64,000 nucleotides of DNA from Selaginella moellendorffii (Eukaryota; Plantae; Lycopodiophyta): contig NW_003314344.1 in assembly GCF_000143415.4 (NCBI RefSeq), positions 132,336-196,335 of the forward strand. The letters run 5' to 3'. Numbering within the stretch: the stretch's first letter is position 1; every line of letters starts with the position of its first letter. The position numbers and the translations under genes were made by a program. Shown in pieces: positions 52,693 through 64,000 of the stretch. The notes beneath the pieces were generated by a model. That model was not told the DNA's origin, did no database searches, and worked only from the letters and a program-made list of their open reading frames with translations.

Positions 52693-54652
52693 GCATCGTC
52701 TTGTCGAATTTAATGCCCCGGCGCAATCACGAGAACAAGGGAGAAAAAAAATAATCCCCAGACCATGTGTGTTTGTTCGCTTTTAGTGTTAATCAAAAGA
52801 TTCCAGGTAGACAAAATATATCGCTTAAACATTGGGACGCAGACACACGCACACATGGTGTGTCGTGGCTTGTGAGGGTCAATCGACTGGAATTATTATG
52901 CCCGGCGAATATCTCATCGCATGTTGAGAAATATTCCCGCCGCCCAGTGAATTAGGTTGCTTTGTCCTTTTGATGGAGCGAATCAATCACTCACGACCCA
53001 TGCACGAACCCAAATGTTATTTTTCTTTACATGGGAAATGGGAGATGCATAGCATGACCATGGTCCTCGCGCGCATTCATGACCAATACCCGTAAAGCGT
53101 ACGTACCGGAGTGGCCCAAAATCTTTGCCGTATGCACGCTAATGATACGCCCAATTTGGTATATTACTCTTGTAAGGACGAGACCTAAATTTTATAAGTA
53201 GCAAGCTTTAGGCAAACCCTAGTTCTGTTGTACGCCACCTTTGCTAGCCATTATTACAAAGGTGGTGGTGGGAAGACATGTCTCGCGGTCGCACCTATGC
53301 TAGTAGTTTACTAGCCCTAGTCATTGGGTTATTGCTAAGTACACACTATCTATCTAGTGTCAGCAATAGCTATCTAGCTACTTAGAAAATCATGATTCGT
53401 ACCATCCGAAAATAACCCTCCTGTCTGTCGGATGGTTTTTTTTTTTCCCCTTAAAACCTACGTTCGTACGCCACGAGCAACCGGCTAACCGGCTGGCCAC
53501 ACAATTATGTCAATGCCGACGGCGCTGGCCCAAGAAATCTTTGCCGGTGGGCGCGTGGTACGATGCTTTTTACATATAGCTTTTACCAAGGCGCGGCTTT
53601 TACCTCGCGGTCAATGTCGCATGCCCCCTCCATGCATGCCGAGATTGCGACGGTTCAAAGCGAGGGGGGCATCTCTTTACCCTCCGGCATCCCGGATATC
53701 CCGGGGAAGGGGCACGCGTGCACGCGTGGCCACGTGGACGGCAGCGATGCCTGTGGACCGCCGGTCAATTCCCCGCTGTGGCCGGTCACAGCCATGGTCA
53801 ACTTTATCACTCCATTGGGGGAGGGCAGCAATGATTTTGGGTGTGGTGTTTGATTCGCTAAAGGACCATGTGTGATTTCCTTTAGCCCACCTTTAAAATT
53901 TTCTTGCTCTCATCTTCTTTGCGCTTGGATGGATGTTGATATTGGATCTGTCGATCCTGGCTGACAACTAGTACTTGGAATTCTTGTGCTTGGTTTTATT
54001 TGCTAAGATTTAATCTTTGCTTTAGATAAAGGGAGCGCGTTCTTCGCGCTGATACCTTGTGCGCTTGACTTGGCCTCCTGGAGCGCAGGGATTAGAAAAA
54101 TGCCATTGCAAAGTGAGCACATTCCTTTTTGATATTGATCCACCAAAGATCGCACGAATCCCTCCCCGCCTATGATTCCGGAGCAACATCATGGTCCATG
54201 GGCAATAAATACCAAAACATTGTAAAAGCGTATCAAATTCCAGGCGGAGCCCCACCACCATCTAATCCAATGAACATGCCCCCACACAAGATTTGTTTAC
54301 TCTTTCCCAAGAACGCATCGATGTTCCACTCGGAGGTCTTGCCATGTTCTTGGAATCCATAAACAAGCCTGGGAGAGCAAACGAGACACGCGAGAGCTGG
54401 TTTTTAGAGCCAAAGTCAATACCCGCAAATCGCACTGAGCCCACACTCACACACGAAAATCTTCCTCAGAGTCGCTGTCACTGGCGATAAATTCCACAAT
54501 GCCACGGGAAGAAGGGATGAGAGACAAGAGACAAAATAAAGAGATAATCGCTCAGCCGGCAGCACAACAAACGCAAGCTCCTTCTAAACTGAAATATCAA
54601 CTTGGATACCTCTTCTGTCAAGCTGCTGAGATATCGTACAAAGCCACCTCGC

Positions 54653-55442
54653 TCAAAGAATCGCTACGTCTAGGAAATCTCCAATCTGTGAGAGACGTGC
54701 ATTAGAATCAAGTCCTTTCGGTTTTCTAGTTCTAGAAGAAGAAAAACCGAAAGGAGCCTACCTGAAACCCGAGATCCTGGAGCATCTTGTCATCGTCGTG
54801 GCCTCGCCTCATTGAATGGCTGGCAACTGTCGTTCCGACCTTAAATTCATCAAACAGACGTTCCAAGTGAGAAACAAAGATGAAAAGCAAGGAAAAAAAT
54901 TGCAAGAGCCTGCTTAATTTTTGTTTTTTACTCACCGTTCGGACAATGTTTCGGCCCCTGCGATCAGGGTAGACAAACGCAAAAGATAGTTTCGCGTCTC
55001 GCTTTCGCGCAGCCGGAGCAACCTCTTTCACCTGGACAAAACAATGAAAAAATTCAGAGAAATACGCGCAACGAAGGAACAAAGGTCTAACCAGCTCTGT
55101 GAGCTCCCGGAGAGTAGCGTCCTTCCAGGTATAGATTTGGACTTCCTCCTTGGGCTCTTTCCCTCGCACTGCAAAATCTTCCACACTGTGATGCTCACCA
55201 AGCTGTGACAAAACACAAGGTTAAGCTACAAAAAAGAAGGAAAGGAAAAAAAACACACACCTTTGTGAAGACCCTGAGCAAGAGCGGGCATGTCTGGAAA
55301 GAAAGAAAAAATTTTGATCAAGAACAAAGAAGAAACTTCCGCTAACCTTTTCACGGTCGACAGTCAAGCGCGGGGGTGCTCGCCCGGCATGCGGCATTCG
55401 TGGCGGCCTCGGCACTTCAGCTGGCGCAATCGCTGCCGCCAT
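54653..55442 (-). CDS. SAP18: Sin3-associated polypeptide SAP18, multi-exon
   Basis: VDREK|TCPLLLRVFTK; HHSVEDFAVRGKEPKEEVQIYTWKDATLRELT; VKEVAPAAR; LSFAFVYPD; DDDK.L..LGFQ|IGDFLDVAIL*. Confidence 0.95.
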
Positions 55443-55529
55443 CGCTCCTCGCTCTCCCTGCAAACAAAGAACCAAGAACCCTAAAACCAAACTAGGGCAA
55501 ACGATAACCTATTCTCTTCTTTCCCGCTG

Positions 55530-57497
55530 ATGGATTCCATCGAGAGGGTCTTCGATTTAAACAAGCTCGTTGAGCGCTACGGCAAGCTCGGCGATTTGAG
55601 GCGCGCGCGCGAGATCTTTGACGCGATCCAGCACAAGAATGCCTTCTCCTGGAATCTGATGCTGTGCGCCTACTCACGCAACCATGACATTGGGCTCGCC
55701 AGGCGCGTTTTCGATGCGATGCCGGAGCGCGATGCCGTGACCTGGAATGCGATGCTCGCCGCTTATTCACGTGCTGGACATATCGATCAAGCACAGGAGA
55801 TCTTTGATTCCATGCCACAGCCAAACCTAGCCTCGTGGAACACACTCCTCTCGATGTATGCCCTAAATGGGAGACTCGAGAGGGCTCACCACCTTTTTAA
55901 CTGCATGCCGCAAAGAAACCTTATGTCGTGGACTACAGTTCTTGCAGCATTTGCCGAAAGTGGGCATCTTGATTATGCTGAAACCCTGCTCCAAAAAATG
56001 CCCGAGAAAGATTTGATTTCATCAACGATAATACTCACAATGTTTGCAAAACACGGTCAAATAGAGAAAGCTAAACATGTCTTTGCTGAGATGCCTCATG
56101 TAGACATGGTTACTTTGAACACATTATTAACAGTAAATGCCCAATCAGGGGATTTGGAAAAAACACGCAGTGTGTTTATGTCCATGCCTGAAAGAGACCT
56201 TATTTCCTGGAACGCTATGTTGTCCGCCTATGGTCAACTTGGCAATCACGTAGGTGATTCCAGTAAATTCTTTAGAGACATGCCCGAGAGGGATTTGGTA
56301 TCCTGGAATTCTTTGCTCGGAGCATACGTCCAAAACGGGCATTTTGACCATGCCTTCGAAGCTCTCCAAAATCTTATGCCCCAGCACGACTGTGTGAGCT
56401 GGAGTACGGTCATGCACGGCTTTGTCCTGTACGGACAGCTGGAAAGGGCAGAGAATATGTTTCACGAAATCCCCGTGCAAGTATTAGCGTGCCAGAACTT
56501 GATGCTTTCGGCATATTCCCAGGCAGGGAGACTGTACGAGGCAAAGGAGGTGTACGACGCAATGCCGCACTGGGATACAGTCTCCTGTAATGCGCTGGTC
56601 ACGGCATATGCCCGAAATGGGGATCTAGAAGATGCGAAACGAATCTTTGATGCTATGCCTCAGCGAGACATAGTGACATGGAATGCGCTCCTGACGGAAT
56701 ATGCGCAGGGTGGCCACGCGGAAGAAGCAGAGTGGCTTTTCCATAAAATGCCGTACAAGGACGTGGTTTCTTGGAACTCTATGCTGGTAGTAAATGCCAA
56801 TAGAGGGAATCTGGAATATCTCAAGTGGATGTTTGACGAGATGCCATTCTGGGCAGTGGTGACGTGGAATGTGCTGCTTGCGGGATATTCCCGCAACGGG
56901 TATCTTGAGAACGCAGAGGTTCTGTTCCACAAGATGCCCCAACGCGACACAGTGTCATGGAACGTGATACTTTCGGCATATGCCCAAGCCGGGAATATCC
57001 TGTATTCACGGAACCTGTTTGACCGGATGCCCTCTCGAGATATCGTGTCTTGGAGCGCAATGCTCGGCGCATATGCCTTGATTCGTTGCAGCCAAGAGGT
57101 GATCAACCTCTTTAACGATCTTAAGTCAACACGGTTTCCAGATGAGATTTGCTGCTTGTCGGTGTTGATGGCGTGCACTCACAAAGGCAAAGTTCATGAG
57201 GCAAGGTCTTGCATGGTGTCAATGGCGATGGATTTCGAGCTCAAGCCACTCAAGCAGCACTACTGCTGCATGGTCGACCTCTTGAGCCGGAGTGGATTCG
57301 TGGACGATGCGGAGGAACTCGTGGAGACGATGCCATTCCAGCCGGATCTTCTAGAGTGGACTTGCGTGCTTGGTGCTTGTAGAAGTCAAAGCAATCTCAT
57401 CACACGGGCAAATCGTGCGGCCGAGCAAGTTGCGAGTTGTGATCCAAGGGCTGCCACAGCGTATGATCTCCTTGCAAACGCGTACTCCATGAGATGA
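55530..57497 (+). CDS. Intronless PLS/SS-type PPR protein with E domain (no DYW)
   Basis: ~15 tandem 31-aa repeats (FD.MPERD.V.WNAML.AY...G). Ends QHYCCMVDLLSRSG...MPFQPD..W..VLGAC...AYDLLANAY. Confidence 0.93.
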   Translation: MDSIERVFDLNKLVERYGKLGDLRRAREIFDAIQHKNAFSWNLMLCAYSRNHDIGLARRVFDAMPERDAVTWNAMLAAYSRAGHIDQAQEIFDSMPQPNLASWNTLLSMYALNGRLERAHHLFNCMPQRNLMSWTTVLAAFAESGHLDYAETLLQKMPEKDLISSTIILTMFAKHGQIEKAKHVFAEMPHVDMVTLNTLLTVNAQSGDLEKTRSVFMSMPERDLISWNAMLSAYGQLGNHVGDSSKFFRDMPERDLVSWNSLLGAYVQNGHFDHAFEALQNLMPQHDCVSWSTVMHGFVLYGQLERAENMFHEIPVQVLACQNLMLSAYSQAGRLYEAKEVYDAMPHWDTVSCNALVTAYARNGDLEDAKRIFDAMPQRDIVTWNALLTEYAQGGHAEEAEWLFHKMPYKDVVSWNSMLVVNANRGNLEYLKWMFDEMPFWAVVTWNVLLAGYSRNGYLENAEVLFHKMPQRDTVSWNVILSAYAQAGNILYSRNLFDRMPSRDIVSWSAMLGAYALIRCSQEVINLFNDLKSTRFPDEICCLSVLMACTHKGKVHEARSCMVSMAMDFELKPLKQHYCCMVDLLSRSGFVDDAEELVETMPFQPDLLEWTCVLGACRSQSNLITRANRAAEQVASCDPRAATAYDLLANAYSMR

Positions 57498-57605
57498 GAA
57501 GATGGAAGATTGTATCCAATTCGAACCTGAGAAGATCACACAAATGTATCCAATTCGAAGTTGAGAAGATCACATCCAATTAGATGTAAGTTGAGAAGAT
57601 CACAC
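57495..57605 (+). repeat. Short degenerate tandem repeats (~33 bp) between the PPR stop and DnaJ
   Basis: tgtatccaattcgaa..tgagaagatcaca repeated 2-3 times; gagaagat occurs 4 times. Confidence 0.7.
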
Positions 57606-57795
57606 GCGTGGTCAACGAGGTCGCCCTTATTTGACCGCTTTTTGTCCGTTGGATACGCCAGCCCTAAGATCAACGGTAGCGGTTGAGGGTTTTTTTTTTC
57701 CTTCTTTAGGGAAAGGAGGAGCTTGCGAGGTAGGGTTCGCGGAGAGATTCTTCGTTCGCGGCGCAGCAGCCGCTCTCCTTCTTTGGCGAGCGAAA

Positions 57796-59426
57796 ATGTT
57801 TGGCCGCCCGCCCAAAAAGAGCGACAATTCTAAGTACTACGATATCTTGGGGGTTTCCAAGAGCGCCTCCGCGGATGAATTGAAGAAGGCGTACAGGAAG
57901 GCAGCTATCAAGAACCATCCCGACAAGGGAGGCGATCCAGAAAAGGTGAAAGAAAAAACTCTCTTTGCATTGAAAGTAACCTTCTCTTTTCTTGTTTCCA
58001 GTTCAAGGAAATCTCGCAAGCATACGAGGTGCTCAGCGATCCCGAAAAGAAGGAGATTTATGATCAGTACGGCGAGGATGCGCTCAAGGAAGGAATGGGC
58101 GGTGGCGGTGGCCACAATCCATTCGATATCTTCGATAGTTTCTTCGGTGGCAAACCATTTGGTGGAGGTGAGCTTGGTACTTTGTGCTGGTTTGCGTGCT
58201 AACTCTTCTCTTTTCTTTGGACTCTAGCAGGAAGCTCTAGAGGTGGAAGAAGGCAACGAAGGGGCGAAGATGTGGTGCATCCTTTGAAGGTTTCTTTGGA
58301 GGATCTCTACAACGGGAGCGTGAAGAAGCTCTCCCTTTCTAGAAACGCAATATGCTCGAAATGCAAAGGGTATGTTTTTCTGAAGTGAAATTCGCTAGTG
58401 GAACTCATTAGAGTGTGATTTGCAGAAAAGGTTCCAAGAGCGGGGCCACGAGCCGATGTGCCGCTTGCCAGGGATCTGGAATGAAGATTTCCATTAGACA
58501 CCTGGGCCCGTCTATGATCCAGCAAATGCAGCACGTTTGCGGCGACTGCAAAGGAACAGGTAACAGTTTCTTTTTTGTTCGTTTGTTTCTTACTTTTGGC
58601 TTTCCTCGCAGGAGAAACAATCAGCGAGAAGGACAAGTGCAACCAGTGCAAAGGCAACAAAGTTGTCCACGATAAGAAAGTCCTCGAAGTACACGTTGAG
58701 AAGGGAATGATGCACAACCAGAAGATTACCTTCCAGGGAGAAGCGGACGAAGCAGTAAGTTCTTTTCGTTTCCTTTTGATCTTATTCATCGTTTCTTGTC
58801 GTTGACGTGATCTTTCATTGTTTCTAGCCCGACACTATTACTGGAGACATTGTGTTCGTGATCCAAGTGAAGGACCACCCGAAGTTCAAGCGCCGAGGGG
58901 ACGACTTGTTCTACGAGCACACCTTGACGCTGACTGAAGCACTCTGTGGCTTTCAGTTCATTCTCACGCACCTCGACGGGAGAAGCCTCCTCGTTAAGTC
59001 GACTCCGGGAGAGATCATAAAGCCAGGTATGCGTGCGTGCGGTTTTCTCGTGACTAGTTTGAATGATCTTTACGATTCATCTGTCCTGGCACCACAGATC
59101 AATTCAAAGGCATTGACGACGAGGGAATGCCGCACTACCAGAGGCCATTCATGAAGGGCCGGCTGTTTATCCAGTTCCATGTCGACTTCCCGGATTCGGG
59201 GAGCCTTTCTCCGGAGCAGTGCAAGATGCTGGAGACGATCCTGCCTCCCAGGCCGACGAATCACCTGACGGACATGGAGCTGGACGAGTGCGAGGAGACA
59301 ACACTCCTGGATGTAAACATCGAGGAGGAGATGAGGAGGAAGCAGCAGCATCAACAGCAGCAGCAGGAGGCTTACGACGAAGACGACGAGCCTTCGGGAC
59401 CTCGAGTCCAGTGTGCCCAGCAGTGA
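57796..59426 (+). CDS. DnaJ: Type I DnaJ/Hsp40 (J2/J3-like, farnesylated), multi-exon
   Basis: [20 protein letters not shown]; HPD motif; CxxCxGxG zinc repeats; C-terminal CaaX VQCAQQ. Confidence 0.97.
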
Positions 59427-59647
59427 CCACCGCGAGCAAAAACACGAAAAAAGATTGGAGGAAACGATTGAGCGTTAGCAAGAGCACTATTTATTTGTAC
59501 TAGATATATATACACGATTTTAATTAGCAAGCCCAACGGTTGCACGTTTTCCAAAAGGTGGCGGAGTTGAATGAACCCTAAAATAATGCGAAGCCCTAAA
59601 TACTTAGAATATTCTTGCTTGCCCGCGTCCTATATAAATTCTAAGGA

Positions 59648-60097
59648 ATGAAGAACCCTAACGCTATGGAAGTGGAGGAGATACAGGGGGATCTGTTCGA
59701 GGGCGCGCAGCCCACAGATGGCTTGGTACACTGCGTTTCTAAAGATCTTCACATGTCCAAGGGCATCGCAGCGCGCTTTAGGGACGAATTCAGGGGCGTG
59801 GACGAGCTGCGCAAGCAGAATCGGAGTGTGGGGGAAGTGGCCGTGCTGGACAGGCCTCCTCGAGCGGGAGTGTTCTACCTCGTCACCAAGCTCAGGTTCT
59901 TCGACAAGCCGACGCTGGCGAGCTTGCAGGCGTCGCTGGAGGATCTGCGCAGGGTGTGCGAGCAGCGGGGAGTTTGCGGCTTGAGCATGCCAAGGATTGG
60001 ATGCGGGTTGGACAAGTTGGGGTGGGAGGATGTGAAGAAGGTGATTTTGCATGTTTTCAAGGGCTCCAACATCCGCATTAGAGTCTTTTATTTGTGA
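59648..60097 (+). CDS. OARD1: TARG1/OARD1 (Poa1p-like) macrodomain ADP-ribose glycohydrolase, intronless
   Basis: GDLF; LVHCVSKDLHMSKGIA; GEVAVL; FYLVTK; KPT; LSMPRIGCGLDKL.W. Catalytic Lys (VTK) and Asp (GLD) positions are retained. Confidence 0.9.
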   Translation: MKNPNAMEVEEIQGDLFEGAQPTDGLVHCVSKDLHMSKGIAARFRDEFRGVDELRKQNRSVGEVAVLDRPPRAGVFYLVTKLRFFDKPTLASLQASLEDLRRVCEQRGVCGLSMPRIGCGLDKLGWEDVKKVILHVFKGSNIRIRVFYL

Positions 60098-60854
60098 ACA
60101 TTTATACAGTAGCGTAGCAGCGAATGCCACGAGATCCACTGTGAGCTCGCCGGCAGCGAGAATGTCCCCATGAGCTTCCCTTCTTTCACTATATTCATGA
60201 GTTGATTTATCACTTCATGACATATCATATTTTGAGAAATCAAATTAAACAAAGGAAGTGAGTGGAGGTGCTTGGACTCACTATCACAAAAGATAACAAT
60301 GCAGAGATTGTCGATCATCTTGTTGCACGTACAGCCACAGCTATTGCTACCTCGATGATAGAGGCGCGTTGCTCTTCCCGTGTGTGATACAATCTTGGAT
60401 TTGTGGAGCGTTCCCATATGGTGGGGTGTCTCCTCCGATGAGATCCATGACGCAGAGCTTTCCAGCGTCCTGGGTGTTGCTGGCCCAGATAACAGGCTGT
60501 AGAAGACGATTGCTCTGCATCACCAGCTGATATATGTAGCGGTCATTTGGAATCGCATTTCATCACCGGTGAAGAGCGTCTTCTTGAATTGCCGATTGAA
60601 TGATCGGCCACGACACCCACAAGAACAACAAGAAGATCAAGACGAAGAACAGATTCGGATTCAGCTGCATGCTGGGAGTGCAGAAGCGAGTAAGCAACGC
60701 TGAAACTGAAGTGAATGGGAAATTGCTGTTGCTGGAGCCGCAATTTAACGATCTATGGTACGAGCTGAGGATTTGTTTTTATAAAGTTAAAATAAAATTG
60801 TCTGTCAATCCTGGTCAATGATGACTAGTCCAAACTTAAAAATCCTCAGCTCAT

Positions 60855-62648
60855 TCATTTGAGACAATCAGGGATCGGTGTGTTTGTGAGAGCAAACAGC
60901 ATTTTGAGGCCAGTGTGCAGATCTTGTGGAGGATAGCCGTAGGTGCCAAAGGGAGAAGCTCCACACTCAATCAGCACACAACAATACACTGGTTCCTCAA
61001 ATCCACATGCACGGCCAAGGGCAGTCTTCACAGGATCCACTTTGACGTCGATCATGTTCCGCTCTTGGCAAGCACGAGCCACTAGGCGAACTACCTCCAG
61101 AAGCTGGTCGCCCATGCTCACGACGAGCTTCAGAGCCGAGCGCCCTTTGCCATCCTGGAGTGTTGGATCTGCACCAGCTTTCAGTAGAAGCTGCACCCTC
61201 TCCACGCGATTCCGTCCATAAAGCGCATTGTTGAGAGGTAGAATCCCTTGGTTGGCCTTGTTCGGCGACAAGCCGAGTTGCAAGAGCATCTTGAGCAGTT
61301 CTGGATTTTCTGTTTCGCACAACTCCTTGGGTGCCAAACTGTTAAGATGGGCCTGGGACTTGCCATTGTCATCCAAGGCATCCACTACAGTTTGCATGCC
61401 ATGAACCACTGCGTAGAGGTAAGGCCACACTCCACTTTTTGCTGAAAAATAGAGGAAACACTATTACCATGTTTTTAAGCAAGTTTGGGAAGAAGAATAC
61501 CTTGGACCGTAGCATTGGCACCATTGTCTACAAGAAACTTGATCAATGTGAGATCAGGAACCTGGCACTGCAAAGCAGCCAGCAGTGCAGTGTTGCCGTG
61601 AACAGGGTCGACAAAGTCAAGATAATCCAGCAGAACCACGATCTCATACGCTGCTTGTGTCCCCTCATTGATGCTTTCTACCAGCCGAGTTCGTAGTTCA
61701 TCCGTTTTAGCTACCAGCAGCGCTGGATCTAATCGTAGAGGATCCGCCCAGAGACGACCCAGGAAGTGTGAAGGATAGAACCTCATGCCACTCAACCGCC
61801 AAGAGTAAGCTGTTATATCTACGAACCTGGGAGCTTCAAACCTGTCCGTCTTCAGTGTGCCCTGCCTATCCAAGTATGCCACCTGAACAATTGAGCCCGG
61901 CACCACCAGCCCGAAAGTGGCAGCTTTCGTGAGCTCCGCTTGCCGGGTAACCCCACGTTTCGCATCCTCTTCGACCTCGTAAAACTGGAGAACCACGAGA
62001 ATATCGACACCCTCAAGAACCATCTTGCCGGAGCTTGTAGCGGACTGCCTGCTTGTGTCGTAGCTGCTCTTCTCGGAGATGGACAGCTCGGGGGCTACCA
62101 GCTGTCCGTCACACCTGAACAAAGTATCGGAGCTTGATACGTAGTAGTCGCACGAACAGGATCTGCTGCGAATGGCATACATAAGTAGCTCACTGACGAT
62201 CTGGTAACACCAGAATGCACAGGGCTTACGGATGACAAGGTTGCTGTCCACCATCTTGAATATCAGCTCGTACTTGCATGTCATCTTATGCAGCGGGAGC
62301 TTCACGTCAGGCGGAAGAACAATCTCTACAATATTCGATGGCTCCTTCCCCGTTACAATGTGTGAGCCAGCAGGAAGTTCGACGTGCTGCCCCCAGCAGT
62401 CAACATAGACCGCCTGAAAAGCACACAGGGGTCGTCAAATGCAAGAAGCAAAATACAAAGTCACTTCCGTTCATGCTTAGCAGTTACAGGGTGATTTATA
62501 TCTTACGGACACAGTCATCAAATGCTCATTCACCTTGCTGTTTTCATTCATGCTTAGTTTGATCGCTTACCTCATGGCTTCCGTTTGTGAAACTATCTCC
62601 CTCTCCCTCTCCATCCAAGCACGGCTCCAGGCTAGCCATGGCAGACAT
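60855..62648 (-). CDS. Ankyrin-repeat protein with uncharacterised (possibly HET-like) N-terminal region, multi-exon
   Basis: Ankyrin motifs GNTALLAAL...FLVDNGAN, GILPLNNAL, LLLKAGADPTLQDGKGRSAL and KTALGRAC. A large exon runs from the acceptor at ~62413 through ORF 61475..62305. Putative first exon ATG at 62648. Confidence 0.7.
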
Positions 62649-64000
62649 GAGATTTCGCAATCCCTTAGTACACTCTATTGCTTACCTGAGATTGTTCACC
62701 TTGCGCGGCCTCTGCCTTTTCATGGGTTTGACCTAGGTTTAGGGGTGATTAGTGGCTTTAGCCTTTGCTAATTAACGTCACTTCAGAGACTATAGATTAT
62801 TCTCAATACAAAAGTGTGTAAAGTCCACATTCTAAGTGAGTAGCATGGTACTCTAATTTTCTCCTCTCTTTCTCTCTCGCTCACTCTCTCTCTCTGTCTA
62901 CTTGTTCTCACCTCAATCTTCCCCTGAAAACCTTTATAGATGTATATGCCTTTCTCTCACTTTTGCTCTCTGCTCGTTCCCACTTCAATCTTCCTGCCTC
63001 TTCAATGAAAACCTCAACAGACATACATCGACCATGGCTGAAAAAGCACATAAAAAACATCAGGTTGCACTATAACTGTTTAGATATGCACAATTTACAT
63101 AACATAACAATGTGCCCTCTCTGCATTCTCTGAGTGCTGTACAGACTCTTTCCTCTTCTGCTGCTCAATTCCTCTTGGATTTTTCTGCATTACCTTCATC
63201 ATGGAGACCATAAACTTAGTTGTTAAGGAGATGATTAAACAAGCATTTTAGGGGATAAGTTTTCAACGCCAAAGGGCATCTAACATCAATCCAAAGTTTT
63301 ACAAGCTGAGGGTAAAAGAGCTGTAAAAAAATGTGAGAGGCAAGCAGGCCATGTGAGAAGTACCGACATTAGTCGTGTGTTGAGATGACCCGTGTGCAAG
63401 AACCACGACAACATCTAGCTTGCAACTTTGCTTGGGTTTGGGGTCAAACAAAAGCGTGTCTTAAGGCCCTTCTAATGGAATGATTAGAGAGGAGTGCCAC
63501 AAATCTAATTTAACCTCAGCTCATCGCGTACACCATGCCAACTGGGTCTCACTGATTCTTCCACGATCAAACAATTGCATGGGTCGATCGAAATCTAGAA
63601 ATCGCTTGAGGAGCTCCACCGACGTAGAGTCCCACTCCTTTAAAAACCACAAAAAACTATACAATCTCAAAGACCGTTGAAACCATACATTGCAATAATT
63701 AACATTATGAAATTTTGGAATATTTTTCTTTTTCGCGCCACACGCCGCCATTAAGATGGTTCTTTCTTTCACCAGCGCGGTAACTTTCACGCTGTGACGT
63801 TTTCACCATCCGTGTAGAACGTCAAGGTAAAACTCACCGCCACCTTTTGTGACCTTTGGCACCCCCTAAAGAGGAGGAAGCCTCGGCCAATGGCTATTGG
63901 TGGCAACTTGGCAAGGGCTTTAGTTTTCACACGCGTGAGGGAACTTCATCTCTCTTCCACAGCACACTTTTTACTTTTCACCACTGTGTGGAAGCACCTG

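Noticed and set aside
54129-54362. Pro-rich YQIPGGAPPPSNP as a CLE/CEP-like peptide
   Set aside because: No signal peptide or ATG-led ORF, and the motif does not fit known consensus.
60100-60820. Coding-like remnants between TARG1 and the ankyrin gene
   Set aside because: Only short interrupted frames and no identifiable family.
63480-63790. Short ORFs near the window end
   Set aside because: No recognisable motif; possibly a gene or TE fragment continuing outside the window, but not supportable.

Overview
This is gene-dense eukaryotic land-plant DNA with very short (~50-65 nt) GT-AG introns and several PLS-class PPR genes rich in short repeats. That pattern suggests a lycophyte such as Selaginella, though this is an inference. 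Bases 1-8.9 kb are a decayed LTR-retrotransposon nest: Ty3/gypsy fragments on the minus strand and a Ty1/copia element on the plus strand. The remainder holds about 25 genes, in order: a spliced Crinkler-like NTPase+restriction-endonuclease-fold gene, a PPR, selenium-binding protein, DUF506, thylakoid signal peptidase, AlaRS, a PPR, FIP1, an SP-RING SUMO ligase-like gene, a CC-type glutaredoxin, two divergent Dof-like zinc-finger genes around a PPR, two tandem UBC E2 genes, a USP-like gene, eIF4B, a HECATE-like bHLH, a double START/cyclase protein, a SAC51-like bHLH with its spliced conserved uORF, SAP18, a PPR, DnaJ, a TARG1/OARD1 macrodomain and an ankyrin protein with a possible HET-like segment. 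The most notable observations are the NTPase-REase gene, twin miR319/miR159-complementary sites in the USP-like gene, the hidden SAC51 uORF, the animal-like TARG1 next to the HET-like/ankyrin gene, head-to-head placement of all four PPR genes, and PPR L-motif loop expansions. All family calls come from motif recognition by eye; no database search was run.
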